Source: Mantamonas sphyraenae STR306
Taxonomy: Eukaryota; Protista; CRuMs
Direction of reading: 5' to 3'
Length of the DNA stretch: 64,000 bases
NCBI GenBank assembly: GCA_026936335.1
Contig: JAPMXV010000044.1
Coordinates: forward strand, 496,001-560,000
The notes below the pieces were generated by a model. That model was not told where the DNA came from. It made no database searches and was given only the letters and a program-made list of their open reading frames with translations. Made by a program: the position numbers and the translations under genes. Positions 32,001 to 47,000 of this stretch are shown in pieces; position 1 is the stretch's first letter, and each line of letters begins with the position of its first letter.

Positions 32001-35000
32001 CAATGACGGCCCGCTGCTCACGGTACCCGGAGCACAGGCCACGTCTGAGGATGTGGCCCTGACAATTGCCAGCGGGTTTTCCATCACCGACGTGGACATC
32101 GGGGCGTCTCTGATGCGCCTGAATGTCAGCGTCGGCTCGGTTGGCACCGTGACGCTAGCCAACACCACGGGCTTGCTGTTTGTCACCGGCACGGGCTCCT
32201 TCGACACGGATGTGCGCATGCTCGGCACGCGTACCGCCCTGCAGAACGCCCTCAACGGCATCGTGTACACGCCGAACCTCAACGCCAATGGCGCAGACAC
32301 CATCTCACTGGTCGTGGACGACCAAGGCGCCACGGGCATCGGCGGTGTCCTCGTAGACGCCAAGGCCATCAACGTTACCGTGGACGCAGTCAACGACGCG
32401 CCCTCGTTTGGCGCCCCGGCTGCATACACCGTCACTGAAGACACGCCGCGTGACCTGTACGGCTGGGCGATTGTCGACGTGGACGCGACGCAGGTGCGCG
32501 TCAACATGTCGCTGTCGCACGGCACGCTCACTCTCACGGCCGGTACAGGCGGCCTCACCTTTTTGGTCGGCGACGGCACGGAAGATCGCGTCATGAGCTT
32601 CATGGCGACGCCTTCGGTGGCCGGCAACGCTTTGTTTGGGGCACGCTATCAGCCGGACCTTGACTTTGTGGGCGTCGATGTGGCCGTCATGACCGTGGAC
32701 GACATGGGTCAAACTGGCGCCGGAGGCGTGCAGGTGACCGCTCGCAACGTAACCCTTACGGTGGAGGGAGTGAACGACGCGCCGCTGGTCGTTGTGCCGG
32801 GCACCCTGAGCGCCACCGAAGACGTAGACCTTACTTTGTTGGGTGTGTCTGTGACGGACATTGACGCCGGAGCATCGTCGATTGTCCAGGTCAACGTCAG
32901 CGTGGGTTTTGGCCAACTGACCTTGGCCACCACAGCTGGACTCACATTGGACGTGGGCTCTGGCGCAGGCGACTCGAGCGTGAGCATGCGCGGCAACATG
33001 TCTGCCATCAACGCAGCCCTCAACGGCGCGGTGTATCTCGCCACACAGGACTACAACGGCCAGGACAACCTGACTGTGTGGATGACCGACTACGGCCACA
33101 CAGGCACCGGTGGGGCACAGACTGCCATGCAGAGCACTGTCATCACTGTTGTGGGCCAGAACGACCCCGTGGTGTGGACATTGCCGTACGTGTCGGTTGC
33201 CGTGGACGAAGACACGGATCTGACCATCGCTGGCATCAGTCTGAGCGACGTGGACGTGGCGGCCAACCCGCTTCTCGTCAACGTCAGCGTGGACACGGGT
33301 CGCTTCAGCCTGGCCTCCACCGCCGGGCTGACCTTTGAGGCAGGTATGAGTGGCACGGCAGCCAACCACACTCACGTGAGCGTGCGTGGAACCCTGACTG
33401 CCCTCAACGCAGCGCTGGCCACAGTATTCTACCGCGGCAACGTCAACTACGTGGGCGCTGCACAGCTGACTCTGTACGCAACCGACATGGGCTCGGTGGG
33501 ACTTGGCGGCGCGCGCAACGAGACGCGCAACGTCAGCATCTCCGTACAGGCTGTGAACGACGCACCCGTGCTGAGCGTGGCTCCAGTGAGCGTGTACACC
33601 GTGCTGGAAGAGGCTGCTCTGACCGTCACAGGCATCAGCGTCAGCGACGACGACGTGGCTGCAGGCCAGCTGGGCTTTGAGCTCAGCGCGAGCTATGGCA
33701 CCCTGTCGCTGGGCGGCGTGGCCGGCCTTTCATTTTCGCTGGGCGACGGCGCGAACGACGCCGCCATGCACTTCAACGGCACGGTGACTGCGTTCAACGT
33801 GGCCATGGGAGTGTCGGGCGTGCAGTACGTGGGCAATCTTCACTACTTTGGCCCCGACGTGCTGGTGGTGCGCGTCACAGATTACGGCCAGGTCGGGTCG
33901 GGAGGCGTGCTGAGCGACGTCAAGTTGATCAACGTCAGCGTCACAGCAGTCAACGATGCCCCTGTGTTGAGTGTACCTAGCGCTCAGAGCATCAACGAGG
34001 ACACTCAATTGACGATTGCCGGCGTGAGCGTAACTGACGTGGACGTGGCCGCAAACAGCTTGCGCGTCAATGTCAGCGTGGCACACGGCACCGTGTGGCT
34101 GGCACAGACCACCGGACTGTCGTTTGCACAGGGAGATGGCGTGGCAGATGCCACCATGCAGTTTGCAGGCACGCTGACCGACGTCAACTCCGCCGTTGCA
34201 AGCATCGTCTACCTGGCCAACGTCAACTTTGAGGGCGCCGACGTGCTCGTTGTCTCGGTGGATGACCAAGGCTTTGTTGGAGCTGCCGGGAACGTGCTGT
34301 CGGACAACAAGACAGTGAACATTGCCGTGCAGGCCATCAATGACGCGCCTGTGATCGCTGCCCCTGCTGCCATTACGGCGACCGAGGATGTGCAATTCAC
34401 TCTCAGTGGCGTTAGCGTGACGGACGTGGATGTGGCTGCTCAGGAGCTGCTCTTCAACGTCAGTGCAACTGCAGGCACGCTGTGGCTGGCACAGACAACT
34501 GGGCTCACGTTGCACGTCGGGTCTGGTGCAAACGACGGGGCCATCCACATGCAGGGCACGCTGACGGACGTCAACGCAGCGCTTGCTGGCCTCATCTACC
34601 AGACCAATCTGCACTACAACCTGGGCGACACGATCAGCATGTTTGTGGACGACCTGGGGCACTACGGCGCAGGTGGACGCTTGACAGACACACACTCTGT
34701 CAGCGTGGCCATGGTGGCCATCAACGACAACCCGGTGGTCACTGTGCCATCGTCGCAGTCTGTGAGTGAGGACACCGACCTGACCATCGGCGGCATCAGT
34801 GTGAGCGATGTGGATCAGGCCGGAGGCACCATGCGTGTCCGGCTCGAGGTCACAGAGGGCATCCTCACTCTTAGCACGACCACTGGCTTGACATTCAACA
34901 CGGGCGACGGCTTCCTGGAACCGACCATGGAGTTTACCGGAGACCTGACCACCATCAACACCGCCTTGAACAACATCGTGTACCGCGGCGACATCAACTA

Positions 35001-38000
35001 CTTTGGCGAAGACCGAGTCAAAGTCACGGTGGACGATCAAGGGAACGTGGGCGCAGGCGGGTTTGTGCCCACTGTGGAACACATCAACGTCACGGTCACA
35101 CCCGTGAACGACCCGCCTGCGTTTGGCGTCCCGGGCACACAAAACGTGGACGAGGACACCGAGCTGACCATCTATCTGCTTGGCTTTCTGGTCACCGACG
35201 TGGATGTATTTGATCGCCCCATGATGATCAACCTCAGCTGCAGCAGCTGTGTGATGAACCTGACCACCACGGAGGGACTGACGTTCCTCAAGGGCGACGG
35301 CCTCCTGGACACCGAGCTGTCCTTCCTGGCCAACCGCACATCGGCCAACGCCGCCATGTACACCGTCATTTACCAAGGCTTGCCCGACTTTGCCGGCAGT
35401 GATGCCGTCGAGGCATGGGTTAGCGACGATGGATGGTTCGGCGAGGGAGGCGTCCTCTCGGGTACGGACCGAGTGCCCATTGTGGTGAATCCGGTCAACG
35501 ACGAGGTGGTCATCACGCTGCCGCCAGCGGCCATGGCCAGCGAAGACGTCGACTACTCCATATCGGGACTCACGATCACAGACGTGGACATTGCAAACGG
35601 CACGTTCAGCGTCAACCTGACCGTCACAAACGGTTTGCTAACGCTCGCCAGCACCGAGGGACTCGTGTTTGCTGAAGGCGACGGCGTCAGCGATCGCATC
35701 ATGCGCTTCGATGGCAACGAAACGAACGTCAACCGTGCACTGGCCAACATGACCTATCTCGGCGACCTGAACTGGTACGGCACGGACATGTTGCTCGTGG
35801 AGGCGACCGACAACGAGCCGAACAACGCGACGTCGACGTACAAGAACTATGTGATCAACGTGCTGCCGGTGAACGACCCGCCGGCAATCACGGTGCCATC
35901 TCCAAAGTACTTTGAAGTGAGCGAAGACACAGACCTGACTCTGAGCGGCTTCAACGTGACAGACCTGGACGCGTTTGGAGGCGACCTGTTCTTCAACGTG
36001 AGCGTCAACAACGGAATGTTCTCACTGGCAACCACGAGTGGACTGGCCTTCCAATTTGGCGACGGCACACAGGACCGCGAGATGCGCTTCACATGTACGA
36101 TGACCACGTTCCGCGCGGTCACGGCAACGCTGGTGTACCGCGGGAATTTGCACTACAACGGATTGGATACGATGACAGTGACTGTGAACGACCAGGGCGA
36201 GAGTGGCAGCTTCGGCCTGATGCCCCTCGAGGATGTCGACAGCCTAGTGATCAACGTGACGGCTGTGAACGACGTGCCTACGTGGACGGTGCCCGGTGTG
36301 CAGAACGTGGACGAAGACGTGGAACTGACGCTGCTGGGAATCGTGCTGTCGGATGTCGACTCGGCAACAGACTCGTTGTACGTGGAGCTCAGCGTCAAGA
36401 ACGGCACGTACGCGCTCAACGCGACCACAGGCCTGACTTTTAGCCTGGGCAGTGGCACAGGAGATCGCAGGAGCGTGTTTACGGGTCGCGTGACCGACGC
36501 AGCGGCGGCGTTGGCGGAAGTGCGCTACACAGGCGACTTTGAGTTTAGCGGCGTGGACGCACTGTCTCTGTTTGTGTCGGACCAGGGCTACAACGGCTTT
36601 GGAGGCACGCTGACAGCCAACAACAGCGTGCAGATCAACGTCAACATTGTCAACGATGCACCTGACGTGTGGGTGCCTGGTGCTCAGAGCGTGAGCGAGG
36701 ACACCGATTTGACGCTGAACGGCATCAACGTGACGGACGTGGACGTGTTTGGCGACACCATGCGCGCCAACCTGAGCGTCGCATCTGGCCAGCTGACCAT
36801 TGTGAACGCAGGTGGCGTCTCGTTTGTGGGTGGCACGAGCAACGGCGCAAGCAACGTGCGTGTGGCCGGAACTGTGACGCAGGTGAACACGGCGCTGGGC
36901 CAGGTCGTGTATCGCGGCAACCAGGACTTCTACGGATCAGACGCCGTAGTGTTGGTGGTGGACGACGGTGGATCCACAGGAGCCGGCGGCGTACGCGTGG
37001 TGACGCGACAGGTCAACGTGACTGTGGTGTCGATCAACGACGCCCCCGTGGTGACTGTGCTGTCCCCGGCCAGCGTGCTTGAAGACGTGGACCTGACCGT
37101 GGGCGTCACTGTGGCCGATGTCGACATCGACGCCGACGCAATGCACGTGAGTGCCAATGTCACGTCGGGCGTCTTGTCGCTGGCGAGCACGACTGGTCTC
37201 ACGTTCATCCGCGGCGACGGCGCGAGCGACGCATGGCTGGAGTTTACTGGCACGGTGACCGCGGTGAACTCGGCACTGGGTGTGATTGTTTACCGCGGCA
37301 ACCAGGACTTTTACGGCGTGGACACACTGCGCCTGGATGTCGACGACCAAGGCTTCCGTGGCGCCGGTGGCGTGCTGTTGAACAGCCAGAGCGTGGCAAT
37401 TACAGTGAACAGCGTCAACGATCAGCCCGTGATTGGCCTCGTGGGCGGCGTGACCGTTTCAGAAGACAACAGCCTGCTCATCAACGGACTGAGCGTGACG
37501 GACGTGGACGTGCTTGGCGATCACCTGTGGCTGAACATGAGTGTGAGCCACGGCGTAATTTCGCTGTATGCAGGCGCCGGCGCTGCTGCATCGCAACAGC
37601 TGTTGGTCACCAATCTGACATCGATGAACGCAGCCATTCTGAGCGTTCGTTACACACCGGACACCAACTTTTACGGCAACGACGCGCTGGTGCTGCACCT
37701 CACGGACCAGGGCTACCGTGGCGCGGGTGGTGTGCAACAAGACATCCAGAGTGTTGCCATTACGGTGGTGGGTGAGAACGACGCACCCACCCTTACAGTC
37801 GCGTCGACAGGCGTTTCCACGAACGAGGACACACCCGTGAATGTGGGCGCCATGAGCGTGAGCGACGTGGAAGCCGCGGCGCTGGGTTCCGCTTTGCGTG
37901 TCAACGTGAGCGTGAGCGAAGGCGCACTGAACCTCGCGTCCACCGCCGGCCTTACCTTTTCCCAGGGCGACGGCAGCGCAGACGCCTCCATGGTGTTCAC

Positions 38001-41000
38001 AGGCGACGTGACGGCGGTCAACGCAGCACTGGCAGGCGTGGTGTACGCCCCCGCAGTGCATTTCAACGGAGCCGACCTCCTGCGTGTTTATGTGAGCGAT
38101 CTGGGCGCAGCGGGCTCCGGAGGTGTCCTGGAAACCAACAAGAGCATAGCTCTGACGGTGGCGGCCATCAACGACGGTCCACAGACCATCCTGGGAGGGG
38201 CCACTGTGGTGAACGAGGACGAGGTGCTGGTGCTTTCTGGTCTGTCTGTGACGGATGTGGACAGCGGCGTGTCTCCGCTGCAGCTGAACCTGAGCGTGGT
38301 CCACGGCGAGCTGACGCTCAACTCCACTGTCGGCCTTGTGTTCACACAGGGTGACGGCGTGTCTGATGCGAGCATGGTGATCGAGGGCACGGTGACGGCT
38401 CTGAGGACGGCTTTGGCCGAAGTGCGCTACGTTGCAAACCCGAACCACTTTGGCGGCGATGTCCTGACCATGAGCGTTTCCGACCAGGGGGCCTCGGGCG
38501 TAGGTGGCGTACTGACAAGCCAAGGTACACTGGCACTCACGGTAGTGAGTGTGAACGACGCGCCCGTGCTGAGCATCCCTGGCGGCCTGAACGTGACCGT
38601 GGATGAAGAGACGCCCGTGAATCTGGGAGTGGCCCTAGGCCTGTCTGTGAGTGACGTGGATGTGTTCAACGCACCCATGGGCCTGAACATGAGCGTGAGT
38701 TCGGGGCTGTTGTCAATGGCCACAGACAGTGGCGCCTTGTTCAAGGTTGGCTCCGCAAGTGGCAGCGCGCAGTTGTTGATCGAGGGTAACCTGACACAGG
38801 TCAACTACTTGCTGAGCGGCCTGACGTACACGGGCAGCGCCTTGTACTCCGGCAGCGACTCGCTGTGGATTTCGGTGACGGACAACGCGGCCACGGGTGT
38901 CGGCACGCTTTTGTACGACAACGCCACCATTGCCATCACCGTGGTGGCCGTAAACGACGCCCCGGTGGTGTCTGGACCGGCCACGGCATCGGGAGTGGAA
39001 GAGGCGGCGATTGCCGTCGGTGCCGTGAGTGTGGTTGACGTGGACGTGTTTGGCGCGCCGATGGAGGTCAACGTGTCGTGCAGCAATGGCAATGTGACGG
39101 TCGGTGACGCAGCATCGCGCAGCGCAGTGACTTTCCTTTTGGGCGACGGCGTGGACGATCGCGACATGCGCTTCCGAGGCACAATCACAGAGGTAAACGC
39201 CGTACTGAGTGCGAGCGTGTACACGGCCAAGGTGCACTTTTCCGGCGTTGACAACCTCGTTTTCGCCGTGAGTGACCTTGGCGCAAGCGGTCGCGGAGGA
39301 TCTCTGTCGGACACCCACGTGGTGGCCATCACAGTGCTCGAAGTGAACGACGGACCGTCTGTGAGTGCACCGAGCGCCGTAAGCGTGGACGAAGACGTCG
39401 ACGTGACCATTGGCGGCGTGAGCGTGAGCGACGTGGACGCAGGCAGTGGTGACGTGCGTGTCAACATCACGAGCAGCATTGGTCAGGTCTGGCTCTCACA
39501 GACAACCGGCTTGACCTTCAGCGTGGGCGACGGCGTGGCCGACGCGCAGGTGAAGATGCAAGGCAGCCTGGCGGCGGTAAACGCGGCGCTGAACAACCTT
39601 GTGTATCGCAGCCAGCTGCACCAGCACGGAGTGGACACGCTGAACATCACTGTGGATGACATCCTGGGACTGTCTGCCCAGGCGTCGGTTGTGGTGACTG
39701 TGGCGAGTGTGAACGACGCCCCTGTGTGGAGCGGGCCGAGCGCAGTCAGCGTGAGCGAAGACACGGACATTGTGCTGAGCGGAGTGAGCGTGAGCGACGT
39801 GGACGTGGGCACGGGTGCCCTCTACGTCAACGCGAGCGTCTGGTTCGGCACCGTGTCGCCATCCAGCGTTTCCGGAAACCTGACCGCCGTGAACGCAGCC
39901 CTGAGCGGTCTGACGTACCGAGGCAACATACACTTCACAGGCTCTGACGTGGTGCGACTGTTTGTCAGCGACGGGCTTCTGTGGAGCTGGAAGGACATTG
40001 CAGTGACTGTGGACCCCGTAAACGACGCACCGGTGGTGATCAGCAGCACAGCGTCTGCCGTGAGCGTGCAGGAGGAGGGCACGGTACTGATTGGCACGTT
40101 CAACGTGAGCGATGTGGACATCGGCGGGGGACAGCTGCAGGTGCGCGTCGAAGCGCTTGGCGGCACGGTAGAAGTGAACGGAACCACGGGTGCGACGGTG
40201 CTGCTCACGGGCACCCTGTCCGAGGTCAACGCAGCACTTGTTGGGGTGCGTTTCACGGGCGCGTTGGATTTCGACGGCACCGGATACGTGTTGGTGAACG
40301 TGACGGATGACGGCGGTCTGAAGGGATCCGCGAGCGTGGTCGTGAACGTGGTCGGTGTGAACGACGTACCGACGCTGGTTGTGCCCAGTGGACAAACGGT
40401 GGCGGAAGACACGGACCTGACAATTGCTGGCATCAGTGTGGGCGACGTGGACAGCGCACAGGTCTTTGTGCGCATCAACGTGACCACAGGCACGGTGAAC
40501 GGAGCCACGGTGTACGAGGTGAACGGCACGGTGGCGAGCGTGAATGGTGCACTTGGTGCAGGTGTCGTTTTCCGTGGAGCCCTGCACTACGTAGGCAGCG
40601 CCACGGTGGGCGTGTCTGTGAGCGACGGCGCACTGAGTACGTCTGCGTCGATTGTGGTGGTTGTGACCACCCAGAATGACGCACCTGTGATCACTGTGCC
40701 CGGCGGTCAGGTTGTCGCCGAAGACGTCGATCTGACCCTGAGCGGCGTGAGCATCAGCGATGTTGACGTGGGCAGCGGCCAGATGCGCGTGCGTGTGCGC
40801 GTCACACAAGGTATGGTGTGGCTGACCAACGCAACCGGCCTAACCTACCTGCAAGGTGACGGCGTCGCCGACGCCCTCGTGGAGGTGCAAGGCACGGTGA
40901 CGAGCGTGAGCGCAGCTGTGAACGGCATGGTTTACCGCGGTGCACAGGACTGGTTCGGCAGCGACTCGGTAGAGATTCGTGCGGACGACCAAGGTGGCAG

Positions 41001-44000
41001 CGGAGCCGGAGGAGCGCAGGTGACGACCGCAACGATTGCAGTTACAGTGACAAGCGAGAATGACGCACCGGTGTTGACCATTGGCTCGACATACACGGTG
41101 TCTGAAGACACGGTGCTGACGATGAGCGGCGTCGACGTGACAGACGTGGACATCGACAACAAGGCGATGTTCTTCCGCCTGATTGCGACTTCGGGAGTGA
41201 TTTCTCTGAAGCAGACGAACGGGCTGACGTTCTCGACGGGCGACGGCACATGGGACGCCACGCAGCAGTTTACGGGCGTGGTGACCAGCGTGCGCAACGC
41301 CATCACGCAACTGCGCTACAGGCCAAACACAGACTTTAGCGGCACCGAATCGATGACAGTGCAGGTGAACGATTTCGGCTTCAACGGCGCAGGTGGAGCC
41401 AAGGGTGAGATCCGCACGGTGACCATCAACGTGCAAGGCACGAACGATCCACCTGTAGTCAACGTACCGGGCGCTCAGACGGGCGCTGAGGACACTGACC
41501 TGACTATTGGCGGCGGCTTGGTGAGCGTTTCTGATCCAGATGCCGGCGCGGGTACCATGGCGATGAACGTGAGCGTGACGCCTGGTGCGACTCTGACATT
41601 TGGCACAACGACTGGTCTGACCTTCAGCGTGGGTGACGGGAACAATGACACGCGCATGGAGATGCAAGGCACTCTGGGCAGCCTTAACCTTGCCCTGTTT
41701 CAGGTGATTGTGCACCCGGAGGCCAATTTTGCCGGCGCCGTGACAGTGCAGATTGACGTAAACGACCAAGGCAACTCTGGAACTGGTGTGGCATTCGGAG
41801 CCACCGGCTCATTTGTGGTCAACGTGGTGGCTGCCAACGATGGCCCCACGCTGACCGTGGCCAGCAGCAGCTTCACGGTCAGTGAAGACGGAAACGTGTT
41901 GGTAACGGGCATGAGCGTGAGTGATATCGACGTGGCCACGGGTCTGATGGAGTTTAATGTCACTGGAGGCCAAGGCGTGGTGAGTCTTGTGGCGACCACA
42001 GGCTACGTGTTCTCCGTGGGAGACGGCGTGTTGGACGGCACGGTCGTGTTCAGGAGCACGCTGTCGACCTTCAACACAAACATGGCCTCGGGCGTGCGCT
42101 ACTACCCAGCAGCAGAGTACAACGGCAACGAGGCAGCTGTGCACGTCAGCGTGAGCGATCTCGGTGGCACCGGCACGGGTGGCGCACAAACGGATGCCAA
42201 GGTGATCTATGGCATGGTGGAAGCTGTGAACGACGCGCCGGTTCTGACTGTACCCAGCGGGGTGGTCAGCGTCAACGAGGATGTGGATGTGACGATCCTG
42301 GGCATCAGCGTAGCCGATCTGGATGTGGGCAGCGGGACGCTGTCGATGAACATCTCGACTGCCTCGGGCGGACGCGTGTGGTTGTTGACCTCCAACGGCC
42401 TCACGTACTCGCTGGGCGACGGGAGCGACGACACGGAGATGCGCTTCCGAGCCATCGGACTCGGCTTCCTGAACGGCGCGGTGAGTGGCGGCATCGTGTA
42501 CCGAAGCGCTGCAAACTACTTTGGGCAGGACAACATCACGCTGAGTGTAAGCGACGACGGCAACACTGGATGCTGTGGCGCACTGTTCGACACAGGCGTC
42601 ATCCAAGTGTCTGTGAACAGCGTGAACGACCCGATTGTGCTGAACGTGCCTGGCGCACAGGTAGTGAACGAAGACGCAGACTTGTCTGTGAGCGGCGTCA
42701 ACGTGACGGACGTGGATGTGGCAGCCGGGAACATTCTGATGGAACTGGAGGTGACGCAGGGCACGCTGAGCCTGGCCAGCGGCGCTGGGATCACGTTTTC
42801 GGTTGGCGGACCCACGAACAACGCCAAGATGCAAGGTGTGGGCACGCTGACGAGCTGGAACGCAGCGTTGGCGGGCCTTGTTTACCGTGGTGCGACGCAT
42901 TGGTTCGGCACGGACACGATCAAGGTGTACGCGAACGACCAGCAGGGCACAACGGCGAACAGCACGATTGCAGTCACCGTGACGAGCGTGAATGACGCAC
43001 CCACAGTGGTCAGCGCTGTGGGCACACAGAGCACTGTGGAAGACACCCCGATTGCCATTGGCAGTGGTTGGTCTGTGAGCGACGTCGACGTGGGCACGGG
43101 TCTGGTCAAGGTGAACGTGACCGTGAACAACGGCGTGCTGAGTCTGACGGGCAGTCTGGCAGGCGTGACTTTCTCCATTGGTAACGGCACCCAGGACGGC
43201 ACGATGGAGTTCACGGGCAACCTGACCTCTGTGAACGCAGCGATGAGCAGCCTGGGATACAAACCCAACACCGACTACAACGGCGTGGACACAGTGGTCA
43301 TGATCGTTGACGACGGTGCCGGCGGCGTTGCATCAAGTAGCTTCAATGTGATTGTGGAGAGCGTGGACGACGCGCTCGTGGTGACAGTCGTTGCAGGTGG
43401 TCTGACGATCGCCGAAGACACAGACCTGACGATTACGGGCGTGAGCGTGAGCGATGCGGATCTGGGCTCAGGCGAACTACTGATGAACGTCAGCGTGAGC
43501 CAGGGTCTGCTTTGGCTGAACACGACGACAGGCCTTGTGTTCCGCGAGGGAGACGGCGTCGCAGACGCAACCGTCAAGTTTGTCGGCAACCTGACAGAGA
43601 TCAACGCGGCACTGACAGGTTTGGTGTACCGAGGCGCACAAGACTGGTTTGGCACCGAATTGATGGTCGTGTGGGCGAGCAACGAGGTGAACACCACGAC
43701 GTCGCGCACGCAAACGATTGCAGTCACGAGCGTCAACGACGGCCCCGTGTGGAGTGCACCGACATCTGGAAGCGTGAACGAAGACATCGAACTGACCATC
43801 AGTGGCGTGAGCGTGAGCGACGTGGACGTGGGTACGGGATCTATGCGCTTCAACTTGACGAGCGAAAAGGGCGGCGTGCTCAGCCTGGGCACAGCGGCCG
43901 GACTCAGTTTCACGGTGGGCGGCCAGACCAACAGCCAGGAGATGGTGTTTACATCCACACTGTCTGCATTCAACACGGCCGTTGCGAGCGCGGGCCTGGT

Positions 44001-47000
44001 CGTGCGTGGCGCTGGCGACTTTAACGGCGAAGAGGTGTTCTTGCTTCAGGTGGATGACCAGCAAGGCGCAACTGCAACACACGAGATCCGAGTTACGGTG
44101 GCGCCTGTGAACGATGCACCTGTTGTGAGCCTTGTTGGCGGCGTGACCGTGAACGAAGAGACGGAGGTGGCCATCGGCGGAGTGAACATCGTGGACGTGG
44201 ACTATGCGGGCGGCAACGTGCGTGCCAACGTGAGTGCAACACACGGTGTGGTGCGAGTGGGTGCCCTGGAAGGAAAGACGCTCAGTGTCACGGGCAACAT
44301 GACATGGGTCAACAGCGTGCTGAGCACACTGAGGTACCAGGGAGACGCGAACTACGTCGGCAGCGACACAGTGCAGGTGGTGTCCGAGGACGATTTCGGC
44401 GCGGTGAGCAACGTTGGCGGCGCGGTGGTGACGGTGATCGGCGTGAACGACGCACCCGTGCTGACTGTGCCAGGAGGGCAAAGTGTCAGCGAAGACATTT
44501 CGCTGACGGTCTTTGGCCTGGAGGTGAGCGACGTGGACGCTGGCACAGTGCTCGTGGTCAACATCACGAGCGCATTCGGATCGATTTCGCCAAGCTCCTT
44601 CAGCGGAAGTGTGGCGAGCGTGAACGCGACACTTGCTGGTGGACTTGTGTACCGAGGCTACCAAGACTGGTTTGGAACGGACACAATTGTGGTGAGCGTG
44701 AGCGACGGCTCTTCTACAGTGAATGGCACCATTGTGGTGACTGTGAGCGCTGTAAACGACGCGCCGGTGGTCTCTGTACCAGGCGCGCAGGTCGTGAACG
44801 AAGACACCGACCTCACGATCACGGGTCTGAACGTGAGTGACGTGGACAGCACTATGGTGTGGGTGTCCGTGAACGCCACATACGGTACAGTGTCGCCTGC
44901 AAGTGCATCAGGCAACGTGACAGCGGTCGTATCCGCACTGTCGCAGATTGTGTACCGTGCCCCGACACAGTGGAACGGAGCGGACGTGGTGACGGTGACG
45001 GTGAGCGACGGCACGGCATCTGTGAACGCAACCATTGCCGTGACGGTGACCGCAGTGAACGATGGCCCTGTACTCACCGGATGGCCGGTGCCACTGCAGA
45101 CTGCGTACGAAGACACACCGTTTGTGCTGACAGGTGCAGGCGTTACAGATGCGGACGCAGGCACGTCGGACGTGCTCATGCGTCTGTCTGTGGGTGCAGG
45201 TGTGCTGTCGTTGAACTCGACAAGCGGCCTGACGTTTGTGCAAGGCGACGGCGTCAGCGACGCGGTGGTAGAGTTCCGCGGCACACTCACCGCAGTGAAC
45301 GCGGCAGTCGAGCGCATTGTGTACCTGGCCGGTTCAGAGTACCAAGGCGCTGAGACGATTTCGGTGTTTGCAAGTGACTTGGGCAACACGGGCACAGGTG
45401 GTACGTTGACCGCAACTGCATCTGTGTTCTTGGACGTGCAGGGCGTGAACGACGCGCCTGTGGTGACGGTGCCTGGAGCACAGACTGTGGACGAAGACAC
45501 GGACCTGACGATCACTGGTGTGAGCGTGAGCGACGTGGACATCTTTGCGGGCACCATGGTCGCCAACGTGAGCGTGGCCAATGGAGCCGTAAGCCTGGCG
45601 ACGACCGCTAGTCTGACGTTTGTGCGCGGAGACGGAGTGGCAGACCCGTCGGTGGAGTTCCAAGGAACGCTGACCGCAGTGAACGCAGCCTTGGCCAGCA
45701 TTGTGTACCGCGGCGACCCGAACTGGTACGGCGTGGACAGTCTGGTTGTGCAAGCCACAGACGGCAGCGACCTGGCAACAGGCAGTGTGAACGTGTTTGT
45801 GAGCGCGGTGAACGACGCGATCAACGTGACGCACGGAGGTGTTGTGAACGGCTTTGAGGACACAGACGTGTCGCTGAGCGGAGTGCTCGCCGTGGTGGAC
45901 GTGGACAGCGGCGTGGTTGTGGTGAACGTGAGTGTGTCACAGGGAAGCGTGAGCCTGGGCACGACGACCGGGCTTGTGTTTGTGCAGGGAGACGGGGTGG
46001 CGGACGCGTTTATGGAGATGCAAGGCGAGAAGAGCGCGATGAACACGGCGCTGAACAGCATGGTGTACCGCGGGGCAGCCAACTGGAACGGTCTGGAAGT
46101 GATGACCATTGGAGCGCGCGATGTGAACGGCAGCAGCGTTGTGGTGTACCAAAGTGTGAACATCGCTGCAGTGAACGACGCACCGAGCGTGAGTGTGCCG
46201 AGCAGTGCGAGCGCGGCCGAGGACACGGATGTCGTGATCAACGGCATCAGCGTGAGCGACGTGGACATTGGAGCGGGCAGCCTGACGGTGAAGCTGAGCG
46301 CAGGACAGGGCGTTGTGAGCCTTGCTGGCGTCGGCGGCCTGACGTTTGTGCAGGGCGACGGCGTGAGTGACGCTGTGGTGGAGTTCCAGGGCACGCTGAC
46401 TGCAGTGAACGCGGCGGTGAACGGAGTGACGTACCGTGGCAACGCGAACTACTTTGGCAGCGATGCTGTGGTGGTTAGCGTGAGCGACGGGTCGCTGAGT
46501 GTGAACGGCACGGTCGCAGTGAGCGTGAGTGCTGTGAACGACGCGCCTGTGGTGACGGTGCCTGGAGCACAGAACGTGAACGAGGACACGGACCTGACGA
46601 TCACTGGTGTGAGCGTGAGCGACGTGGACATTGGCGCAGGTGTGATGAGCGTCAACGTGAGCGTGAGCAGTGGCACGGTTGTGCCGAGCACAGTGTCTGG
46701 CAACTTGACTGCGGTGAACGCCGCGCTGGCGAGCATTGTGTACCGCGGAAACAGCGACTTTAACGGGGCGGACGTGGTGACAGTGCGTGCTGGAGACGGA
46801 CTGCTTGTGGGCGTGGGCACGATCAACGTGAACGTGGCCAACGTGAACGACGCACCGAGCGTGAGTGTGCCGAGCAGTGCGAGCGCCGCCGAGGACACGG
46901 ATGTCGTGATCAACGGCATCAGCGTGAGCGACGTGGACATTGGAGCGGGCAGCCTGACGGTGAAGCTGAGCGCAGGACAGGGCGTTGTGAGCCTTGCTGG